A program made the translations under genes and the position numbers. Below, in pieces: positions 53,349 to 64,000 of a stretch of 64,000 nucleotides of DNA (position 1 is the first letter of the stretch; each line of letters opens with the position of its first letter). This DNA is from Octopus vulgaris (Eukaryota), in assembly GCA_951406725.2 (NCBI GenBank), contig OX597827.1:48732001-48796000 (forward strand). The letters are read 5' to 3'. Under the pieces are notes generated by a model. That model ran no database searches. It had not been told where the DNA came from and worked only from the letters and a program-made list of their open reading frames with translations.

Positions 53349-53380
53349 TTCTGTCCCAGCATAGATGAATTCCAATGATT
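53281..53380. repeat. Imperfect inverted repeat (about 33-bp arms) around (TA)n, MITE-like
   Basis: aatcagtggaattcagccatgctgggacacacc pairs with ggttctgtcccagcatagatgaattccaatgatt. Confidence 0.6.
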
Positions 53381-54115
53381 AAAATTAAAACAGCTGAAAG
53401 AATATGTTAATTAAAAGAATATGGACAGAATGCGATGCAATGAGTATCTCCAAGATATCATTGTGCCTCCGAAAAATATCAACGTGATACGTCTCAAAAT
53501 GCTTTCCTCCATCCTCAAAAGTGCGCAATGGCTAGTGCAGAGCACTAACTGAAAAACGAACACATAAATTATCACGCCCGAACTACATTCGCTCGTAGAT
53601 TTGCTCGATTTGGTTTTGGTTTGGGGCTAAGCACACCAAATGAAAATTCCGTAAATACCGATCTCCCTCTATAAATCCCAAATGAACCAAACAAAAATTG
53701 ACAGCTAAAAACGAAAAATTAATACAATATATTAATCTTTTGATGAGTATGTTACGCATAAACGATAAAGCTCTCATAAATAAAGGATTTTATACGAATT
53801 TGATGAACTCCATGCACGCTCGTTAAACATGGCTCTTATCTGATAAACTCGGTGTTCGTCAAAATATCTTTCGGAATCCGAAAGATTAATGCAATAGATA
53901 TTTCGCGTTGTTAGTTTTATCATGATATAAATATCACTATTTACTTAATGGGATTTTGTTTTTCTTCAGAAATATAAGATGTAAAACGATAAACCTCCGT
54001 GGGAGAGTGTTTATTTCGGATGTTGATTGATTATGTTCTTGCATGTGTATCATTTGCATTGTAACCCATATTACGGTGTTAATAAGTTAATAATGCTTTG
54101 AACAATTCTGTTTCG

Positions 54116-54186
<71 letters not shown>

Positions 54187-54253
54187 GTATATATATATAC
54201 ATATATATATATATGTACGTATGTATATATATGTATATATATATATATGTACG

Positions 54254-54306
<53 letters not shown>

Positions 54307-55859
54307 GTTCATACATATAGCCATATATACATGTACACATACATATAGCTGTCTACGAGTGTCACTCACACGCTCTACAGTTTATCTCTTCATTTCTCTC
54401 TCTCTCTTTCTCTCCTCTCTCTCTCTTTCCCTCTCTCCTTCTCTTTCTCACTCTCTCTTTTTTTTTCTCTCTCTCTCATTCTCTCTTCCTTGCATTCTAC
54501 TCTGCATTCTATCTTCCGCTTCTGACTTTTTCCCCAAATGCACGACAACACACACACACACACACATACACACACACTCACGACACAAACACACATGCAT
54601 ACACAGAAACACACTCTCGAACAGTAAACGTTTATGTCTTTTCCTTACCGCGTGATGATTATATGTCGAGGGTAGGTCCTTTCATTCAGACTGTAAATGC
54701 ATTTCATTGAAACAATTTCTTTCTACTTAGATGTATTTGGTTTTAGGACTTACACAATTCAGATAGGTTGCTGTCTTACATCTTCATGGCGCCAGTCTGA
54801 GACATACAATAATTGGTGCTTTTTTGTTTTTCTTTTTACACACTATACATTTGTCTATACCATATATCCATTCCCCACAGCAGGGAGCAAATTTGTTATT
54901 TTCTCCACGATAACATTCTTCACATTTCCTTGAGCCATTTCCGGTAATATGGAATGAGAATGTAATATATTAAACTATTCTCTCCGCTGACAATTCTTCG
55001 AATTTATTGAAGCCATTATGGTTGGCACATTCGAATAAAACGTTTTAATGATATGTATTGAATTTTACCTACAAGTGGCCATGTTCCATATGATAGGCTA
55101 GGTACCTAACATAAGGACAATTCATCACGTATTCACTAAGCATTAAAATTATAGGATATCAGCGAAATATTGTTGGCCCTTTGCGTAGTTGTTCACCCTA
55201 TTAGAAATAGCAGCCAAAAACCCCCCAAATTTTACCTGTTTTTTTCTTAGAGAAGCGAAGACATCAGATAATGCAGTCTGACGCCTTCTAAAATGAAGGA
55301 ATTTGAGCAGTTGGGAATGCTTTTGTTAAGACAGGGGAAGCGGTTTGAGCATAATCTCTGTTGATCTTGCGTTTTTACTTGATTTAGATTACAATCGGTA
55401 TGTTTGTTTCAAAATAAATGTCAGCTTTCTTCCATCACGTCAATTTTGTTCTATTTCCTACTCATCGAATAAGCGAAAATGTAAACAAACTTGCATCTTT
55501 TTTTCTTAGAATCGTTGAGATGTATTGAAATATACAGATATGGAAATATTTTATTCCCAAATGCATAATAATAATAAAAATAATAATGCCGAATAGCATG
55601 AACAGGATCGAACATCCTTATTTTGCAAAAGAAAATGTATTAGCGGCCAGCCATGAGATACGAAGATACATCTCTGTGATGACTGGTCACAGTGCTTTAC
55701 CTTTAAGCTAAACTTCCCATAAACAAATTTTTCTGCAATATAAGGATGTTCTGCCATATTTATGCTATTCGGCATTATTAATATGCGTTTGAGAAGAAAA
55801 TGTATTGCTTGACCGTAAAAGATAGGACTAGTACGTTAGTTTTATTATTTTATTGATAA

Positions 55860-56497
55860 CACTGCGGGGAATAGTTTCGAAAAAAATGTTTTGTTGCCTT
55901 GTTTTACTAAAATATGAAACTAACACAAACCAAATAGTACTTTTTATTGTTTAACAAATGTATCACATAAAATATTTAATTTCACATCTAAGGATAGATA
56001 TTTCTATCAGACTGGGGTTTCAGCTGTTCACTTTAATAACTTGTATCACGACAGTCTCTTTGCCGGGATCAGCAGTAGTCAGCCATCATGTTTATATTTT
56101 CCCTGCCTTGAAACCAAGTCTCCAAGCTCTCGATGTCTTGGTAGAATTTTTCTCCTGCTCATCATTTATTGCGCTATGATCTTCAAGGAAATAACCCAGA
56201 TGACTCAACAGAAAATGCAATTTGACTCGCATGTTACAGCCCAGTGCTTGAAAACTGGTTCACAGCGTCTGCATAATTCGTTCATAGTTTGATGATATCG
56301 TATTTCTCAGGAAATAAGACAAATTTACAGAAAAAGTATACTGTGCTTCTTTTTCAACGCCAGACAGTCTCCAGAAGAAGCTTGTCCTGCAGTAAGAGCC
56401 TTATCTATGAAACACACCAAACTTAATTTCTCATAAGACAAATCTGAAAACTTTCTGCTTGAGTATTTGAAACACTCATTGATTCAGTGTTTCAACA
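55860..56497 (-). mobile_element. Chapaev3-like DNA transposon relic (transposase C-terminus and terminus)
   Basis: Minus frames ECFKY..KFSDLSYEKL, FQALGCNMRVKLHFLLSHLGYF..NDEQ, FYQDIESLETWFQGR..MMADYC. Terminus CACTG at 55860. Family name from motif recall. Confidence 0.72.
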
Positions 56498-56726
56498 CAT
56501 GCATTACACACTATATAAAACAATCCAAATAAAACAGATGGTTTACTATAATATTATACATTTTGAACCCATACCTGGTGCTACTCAGTTCATTTGAGAG
56601 TGGGATCAGTGCCCTACAAAAGAGTATTGGGGAGAGGGTTCCACCTTGAAAGATGCCTCGTTTGATGTTGTTAGATTAGCTCATTCTATTACGATGGTTT
56701 AAAAGGAAACGTGTATTCCACTTGGC

Positions 56727-56810
<84 letters not shown>

Positions 56811-56868
56811 CATTATTATTATTATTATTAATATTATTATTATTATTATTAATATTATTATTATTATT

Positions 56869-57080
56869 CTATGTTTGACTTTTGCTTTATATTTGTACAA
56901 GTTGGCTCCAAGTCTCACCCAGAGACCTCAAGAGACAACAGGGTTGGAAGTTCATGTTGTTGTTATGCCTAGTGTGCCATATATTTGGGGGTGGGGATGT
57001 TGTACTAATGAATGTCTAAAAAGAAAAAAAAAAGTTTTTTTTTTTTCTTTTTTAAACCGAAAATTATGTTTGTTTTAAAC
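56869..57080 (-). mobile_element. Probable 3' end of a (TAA)n-targeting non-LTR element (Dong/R4-like)
   Basis: Non-microsatellite segment embedded in a long (TTA)n tract, with no coding evidence. Family assignment tentative. Confidence 0.4.
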
Positions 57081-57086
57081 CTTGAG

Positions 57087-57140
<54 letters not shown>

Positions 57141-57651
57141 GAGTGAGAGAGCAGTGCATGCAATCAAAGTGACACTGGGGTAAAATATACGAATCCCAGT
57201 AAACCCATCATGACTACCCGTCTGATAAGGGTACACTAGGTACATGCATCACAAACATATGTGCGCGATATGGTGATCTCATATCAAGATAAATAGCACA
57301 TGACCTTGCAGGTGGAGCCCAGTTAAAATTTTCTTCTGGTCGAGTAGCCCATCCCGCTCAAAACGTCCCTGAAGAAGGATTGTTTAAGGATGTTGAACGA
57401 ACCACCCATGTTTCCAAGTGTGAATTATGCAAAATTCCAAGAATTCCTTTCAACACACGGCTATGATGGTCCCCCACTACTTCTGCTCGTGGTCAGATAT
57501 GCATATATCGTCAGCAACTAAGGGACATGCTCAACTGGTTAAGATCAAACAACTGACAGGCAAATCTGTGGTACTGAGCAGAATATTTGCTGTAGCCCAT
57601 CTTTTATACCAAGACAAAACAATGTACATGATAACACTTCCAATCAGTTAC

Positions 57652-57704
<53 letters not shown>

Positions 57705-57965
57705 GAGCGAGAGCAGTGCATGCCATCAAAGTGACACTGGGGTAAAATATACGAAGCCCAGTATACCAATCATGACTACCCGTCTGTTAAGTGTACACCA
57801 GGCACATGCATCACAACGAAACAGCGCATGACCTTGCAGGTGGGGCCCAGTTAGAATGTCTCTTCTGGTCGAGTAGCGCATCCTGCACAAAAGGTCCCTG
57901 AATAAGGATTGTTTAAGGACGTTGAACGAACCACCCATGTTTCCAAAGGTGAAATATCCAAACCT
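57141..57965 (-). repeat. Two copies (57141-57650 and 57704-57965) of a retroposon-like repeat, each abutting (TTA)n
   Basis: Both begin gag.gagagcagtgcatg.catcaaagtgacactggggtaaaatatacgaa immediately after (TTA)n. The second copy is shorter. Confidence 0.8.
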
Positions 57966-57990
57966 CCAATTATTGTTATTATTAACAACT

Positions 57991-58063
<73 letters not shown>

Positions 58064-58064
58064 T

Positions 58065-58120
<56 letters not shown>

Positions 58121-59063
58121 TCTTTCTTCCACTTTGCAATGGGCAAGTTCTTATATTGCTCGATTCCCAGGCATTGAATAATTTACAGAGTAAAAGTACT
58201 CACTCCCCTCGCATATGACACATTTCATTTGCACGGCGCTTTTACACAGGCGATAATATAAGCTGTATTAAAACTCTACCTCACGTGAATTGCTTCGTTT
58301 TTGTTAGAGCTGTGAAAAATAACACTGGTCATGATGTACTTAAAGAATGGCCTAATTTATTATTCAAGAGCAAAATGCCCTGACAAGTAGATATACTCAA
58401 GTGTCACGAACCAAATATGCACCATTGAATTCTTAATTATTGTAATTACGCTTTCTGATGATAACCGCAGCCTCTACCTCCGTATTACTTTTAATTAATC
58501 TCTAAAGTACATCTCCTGGCTAATCAGCTATCAGTAGACCTGGTCTGAAAACATATTTTTACGACAGAAAAGGACGTACGTATAATTGAACTGAATGAAA
58601 TTCATGAATATTTTATTGACAAAGGGAGGGATCAAAATGCAAGAAATTATGAAAACTTAGAAACGAGAAATACAATTTTAAACTTGGTAAGTAGCTTTAT
58701 TATATTATCTATTAGTTCTCCTAACATCTGAACTCAGCTCATTAATATCATAAATAAGACGAAGCCAGAAATTAGTTTTGTCAAGAATAACAGGCGAAAG
58801 ACGATTGGCAAGACATACGTTTAAGAGAGGTTTAAACTCTGAAAAGAAACAGGCCATTATTTCTAAGAAGAGTCTAAAATTAGCAATGAATGATATTTAT
58901 TATAGTTGCAAAATCATCTCTTAGTTATAACATAGCAATATAATTCGATATAATATCTCCTGTAATAAGATACAAAATTATGGGTGTTAGAGACACACAG
59001 TCAACTAACGGTGTTAGTTTTCGGATTAACACTATACAGACGACACCAGCGTTTCATTGTTTC

Positions 59064-59128
<65 letters not shown>

Positions 59129-59138
<10 letters not shown>

Positions 59139-59583
59139 TAAATTAGAGATAAAACCACTATTAGGCAAATCAAACAATGAAAAACTTAAGCCAATACATA
59201 AAATTAATTAATTTATATTATTTTAAATATAAATCAAAAGTATTAAAAGTTTAATAAAAGATAATGAGTAAAACACTACGATCGTTTCATGGCTGTTCAA
59301 TTCGTAATAATTCGAGTTATAATTACATCAATCTTAGGTAATTGAAATATTTATCTTAGCTATTTCAATTACCTGAAGATTGACTGTAATTATAACTCGA
59401 ATTATTACGAATTGGACAGCCATGAAACGATCGTAGTGTTTTACTCATTATCTATTATTAAACTTTTAATACTTTTGATTTATATTTAAAATAATATAAA
59501 TTAATTAATTTTATGTATTGGCTTAAGTTTTTCATTGTTTGATTAGCCTAATAGTGGTTTTATTTCTAATTTAATATAATATA
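59129..59583. repeat. Long palindrome (about 220-bp arms, 11-bp spacer), inverted PLE-type pLTR pair
   Basis: 59129-59349 is the reverse complement of 59361-59583 with few differences. Contains a hammerhead motif and lies between (TA)n tracts. Confidence 0.9.
59370..59438 (+). ncRNA. Minimal type I hammerhead ribozyme
   Basis: TAC-CTGAAGA-TTGACTGT..ACAGCCAT-GAAA-CGATCG-TA-GTG. Weak stems I and II. Confidence 0.6.
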
Positions 59584-59666
59584 ATATTTTACAATAAAAT
59601 TGGATTCAATCCTAAATCTGATTTTTCCCTGTAAGTTTGGATTTATTCCCTAATATTTCATTATTA

Positions 59667-59736
<70 letters not shown>

Positions 59737-59749
59737 GTACATATATATA

Positions 59750-59912
59750 ACAAAATAATAAATAAAACATATGCATACATACCTACATATATGTACGTAC
59801 CTACATCTATATGCATATATACAAGCATATATGGGTACAGGACACCAATAACACGACGAACACAATGAGAAACGAAAACATAAACACAAAACCAAGGAAA
59901 TGGACATTTTTC
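59750..59912 (-). repeat. Dispersed repeat homologous to 1-172
   Basis: Reverse-complement similarity to 1-172. Confidence 0.8.
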
Positions 59913-60260
59913 TTAAACAACGAAGAAAAAAGAGTATAAGACATACAACACAAGGAACGAAATGTGGAGTAGATGAAACAGAGGCGGCCGAAGAAGGGGA
60001 ATGAGCCGAATACACTAACCAACAAGCCATGCGCCTTCACAAAGAAACACACACGCATACACACGCTCACATACACATGTATGTATATATATATATAATA
60101 TATACATTTACATATATACACATATTTACATATGCATGGATATATATATATATATATATATATATTATTAGTGAATTGAGCCCATGGCCAAACTTAGGAG
60201 TCTAGTTCGATTTGTTTTGCTCCGCCTCTGTTCTGTTTTTGTTTTTTCCAACGGATTTCT

Positions 60261-60353
60261 TATTTCTTCCTGAAGAGAAAGACACAATATGGTCTCATTA
60301 TTCAATCGGAATTTGGTAAATTGTGCCTTTCGAAACACGTGTAGAATGAAATA
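60261..60353 (+). ncRNA. Type I hammerhead ribozyme in a probable solo PLE pLTR (about 60165-60560)
   Basis: TATTTCTTC-CTGAAGA-GAAAGACACAAT..ATTGTGCCTTTC-GAAA-CACGTG-TA-GAATGAAATA. Stem II 11/12 bp, palindromic stem III, predicted cleavage after 60343. Confidence 0.85.
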
Positions 60354-60557
60354 AAACGATTTCTGTTCAATCTTCGTTCAACACCATTTCTTCAATTCAC
60401 TAATAATATTAAAATTCAATTATCCGCACCAACGCACGGTTGCAACACCATATGGTTGTACCTCCAACCGTGCTGTCTTCTGCTGTGATTTTTGCTACCA
60501 AGGTATCGGTTAAACTTTTGATTAATCTGCACAAGATTATTCATCTTTCTATTTCAC

Positions 60558-60633
<76 letters not shown>

Positions 60634-60647
60634 TAATATCTACATAT

Positions 60648-61015
60648 GTGGCTGAATGGTAAGAAGTTTGTTTTCCCCAAAACATGGTTCCGAATTCGAT
60701 CCTGCAGCCTGGCAATTTTAGACATGTGTCTTCTAGTATAGCAATAGGGCCGACCAAGGCCTAGCGAGCGAATTTTGTAGTGGGGATGGCGAACTGAAAG
60801 AAGCCGATCGTATATATATATGTGTGTGTGTGTGCGTTTGTGTGTGTGTGTGTGTGTGTATGTGTGTGTGCGCGCCCGTGTGTTTTTATGCTGGTGCTTG
60901 GATACTGCCACTGCTCGACAACCGGTGTCGATGTGTTAAGAGACCGGTAGAATGAGTACCTGGTTTAAAAGGAAAAATAAGTATTACCATCGATTCGTTT
61001 GGCCAAAATTACGAC
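60648..61015 (+). mobile_element. Old diverged SINE family A copy
   Basis: Recognisable head, gtgtcttctagtatagc..ggccgaccaag, internal microsatellite. Confidence 0.7.
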
Positions 61016-61221
61016 ATGGGTATATGTGTGCATACCTATATAGGTATATATCATACTTTGAGTTGTCTTCCCAATGCAATTTCCATTGCATAACTGGTGG
61101 TGTATTGTGTGCATTAGATGGAAAACAAGCAAACCTTAAGAGATATATCACTCCCAAACAAACACACTCACACACACACACACTCACATAAATAAATGCG
61201 CACACATACTCGCACTCGTAC

Positions 61222-61252
<31 letters not shown>

Positions 61253-62221
61253 CACTCAATAAGATTTTACATTTTGTTCTACGTCGTTTGCCGTGTTTTA
61301 AAATGAGATTTCTAACTCTTAGGAATTTAGAGATTTATGTCATTTTGACTTTATATCCTTTCAACCTGAAAGGACTTTTATTCTGGTTATAAAATTAGCA
61401 TTGGATATCCTTACATTCATGAAATTTCTTCAACAAATTTGTCTTGCGAATTAAATAAAATGGTTGCAGCGCGAAAACTGAAATCAAGTTGCCGTTGCTA
61501 TTTGCTCGACTGCTTGCAGCGCGCGACGCTCTCTACGAAGTTAGCTGTAACGAACACATTGACTAAACAGATCGAAGATAAAGAATGCATGTAAAAGCTT
61601 TGTTCAATAAATATTATTCACTAAAAAAAAAAGAAAAGAAAATGTCACAAAAGCACCGCTCGGAGCATATCATTGTCCCAATGTCATTTTATATACAGTC
61701 TTCAATTACACTCGCGAGTTAACATTTTGTGTAAATACTTGCATATTTTCATATCAAATTATATCTGCTTGAAAACCTTAGGTGATAATGCCATAGGATG
61801 AATAGAAATACAAATATTAGCCGCCCATCTACTTCCTCGAGATTGGCAAGAATTTTCACAAGTCAATGGAGCGAATAGAAAGAATTTTTAGATAATAACT
61901 GGATTTTATTTAGCAAATCTTTTCTGTGTTACAGGTCAGAATGTTTTTCTAGTCAGCCGTATTACAGTGGAGAACTAAAAGTTATATACAGCATCAAAAT
62001 TCGGTTTTCTGATACATTCTTGGTATATATTTTTCAAAGAAATGTTCAGAGTTAAAGAAAGATTGTAGCCAAGGTGTTCTGTCATTATATGTATTTCATT
62101 AAGTGAGGTACTCAGGCTCAGGTCATCTAACATGCTGAACCTTATTGAATTAAGTTTATTACAAATGAAACTTATTTGCAGCCTTAGCACAAGACTAATA
62201 TTTTGCAGAAAATATTATTAA

Positions 62222-62598
62222 CTAGCAGTATCGCCCGGTTTTGCTCGGGTTTGTTTCGACCCTTTAGAATTGGAATTTTTGAAAAGTAAAAATTTTGAAT
62301 TATGTAGCTTCGATTTTCTGGTTGAAACACACCGAAAAATAGCGACACAGCAGTCAAAAAATCGTAAAAAATTAGGGATTTTCATAGAAACAAAAAGCAC
62401 CTTTTTGATGTAAATAATTTTTGGTGTTAACATGGTCGGATTTGTTTTTTGTTTCTTCTACATAAGGAAGAGCAAGCCTTCTTCTATCATACTTTCAATG
62501 TTGCTCAACTTGCGCCGCAGTGTCTCGGAGAAGATACTGTTAGCTGAAGGCTTACCAAACCTGCCATACACAAACAACTTCAGCTTTATATATATAGA
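62222..62598 (-). mobile_element. Non-autonomous Helitron
   Basis: Minus strand 5' TCTATATATATAAAGC and 3' ACAAACCCGAGCAAAACCGGGCGATACTGCTAG. The 3' end is almost identical to that of 25256-25655. Confidence 0.82.
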
Positions 62599-62926
62599 AA
62601 TTATATCGCTCCCACCCTAACTGGTCGACTCGTATATTACGGTATCAAACCAAGAAAAAACACACACCATTACAATAGTTTTTTTCCAACAGACAAAGAA
62701 TTCGGCTAATTTAAAATTTAATATATATAGAGAAACTGATGTTGATAATAGTTTTCGTGTCGATATTTCCAATATGCTCTCTAAAACTTATTCACCACCA
62801 AACTTTTTTCCTTCTAGAAACGGAACTGAGATACGGTATTAGTGAAAAGTAATTTACCGCGGGAGCTTCGTAAAATATTCATTTCACATTTTAGCATAAG
62901 TGCCAAAATGTGGAATCCAGTGTTTA

Positions 62927-63049
62927 ACTGGTACATATTTTATCGACACCGAAAGGAAGAGAAGCTAAGACGGTCTCGGCGGCAAAAATGGATGAAATGC
63001 CGCTAAGCATTTTGCCTAGCGTGCTAAAGATTTTGCAAATTCGCAGCCG
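62927..63049 (-). mobile_element. SINE family C relic
   Basis: ACTGGTAC.TATTTTATCGAC.CCGAAAGGA is the reverse complement of the 28033-type domain. Confidence 0.65.
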
Positions 63050-64000
63050 TAACTTCTTGAAATTTGTACGTAGTGCAAATGAAGCAGCAGTATATACTCT
63101 AGTACACAAAGGAATTGGATAATGTAATCCATATAGACACATCCCACTGTCTAAAAGCATATACAAAGTCACCCAACCTCCAAGCAAATCTTGCTCAAAC
63201 GCTAAAATTGTATCTTGTAAAACAAAATAAAACAGAAAATAATATAAGACTACATACATATAGAAAGGAAGAGAGAGAGGGGGGAGAGAGAGAGGGAGAG
63301 AGAGAGAGATTCATCGCTGAAAAGCCTTTGATCATTTGATCGTTTTGCCAGGGATGAAATGTGTCGAATGATCAACAATAACAGACACACAAAAGTAGAC
63401 TGGGCCCATGTGCAATCAACCACACTGCACATCTAAGTGCATGTTATATCGGGGTCTGCGTTATTGTCAGTGGATAGTTATGATATATCTGAAAAAAGAG
63501 ATCTGTGTTTTATTCGGAAAGCCACCAACTTGATCTTGGTTTACCAGATCTCAGACTACGCAACAAGAACAACGATGGCATTATAAATTTATATAGACTT
63601 GTAAAGTTATCAACAGAATTATGTTATATATTATTATGTCATACTATATTGTATTACATTATATTATATTATTATATTATATCATATATTATTTATACAG
63701 ATAAAGAAATTATATACACAGCAGGGTTAAAGGCCTGGAAATGAGGGATAGCACAATCGAGTTCCAAGGTGATGGGTTGTCAGAATGTGTAGAGCGTCTT
63801 TTAGCCGTGTGATATTTTTAATATGGCATATTTGTATAATGAATGCTCGCACTCAGCGGCTATGGTGTTAGGCAGTATCATACCTAGATTTTCCTTTGGG
63901 TAACAGCATGGAAGCGAGAAACATGTAAAGGTGGATACCTCCTGGATTCAGATAAAAAATCTTACCTGAAACTGTGCGCTGAAGAGAAACTCTTCGGCTG

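Noticed and set aside
59955-60005. Hammerhead-like boxes CGAAAT..CCGAAGAAGGGG
   Set aside because: Core mutated and no consistent stems.

Overview
AT-rich animal genomic DNA dense in (TA)n, (CA)n, (TACA)n and (TAA)n microsatellites and SINEs. The repeat content resembles an octopus/cephalopod genome, which is an inference. No host gene is securely identifiable, and nearly all ORF-track ORFs are microsatellite artefacts. The main result is a 5.67-kb array (13652-19321) of about 11.5 near-identical 491-496 bp units, each carrying a canonical type I hammerhead ribozyme (11 complete copies). The units fold extensively in the ribozyme-sense polarity and are arranged as two divergent inverted arms between (TA)n tracts. 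This is a candidate retrozyme (self-cleaving, probably circular-RNA-producing) locus. The window also holds a 5'-truncated Penelope-like retroelement (RT + GIY-YIG) with inverted terminal repeats that each contain a hammerhead, and five more unrelated hammerhead or hammerhead-like motifs. Other content: a nearly intact CR1-group LINE whose 3' tail is shared with the dominant SINE, two non-autonomous Helitrons, mariner, Chapaev3-like and RTE relics, and a tRNA-Ser(GCT)-like gene. All calls were made by eye, with no database search or folding program.
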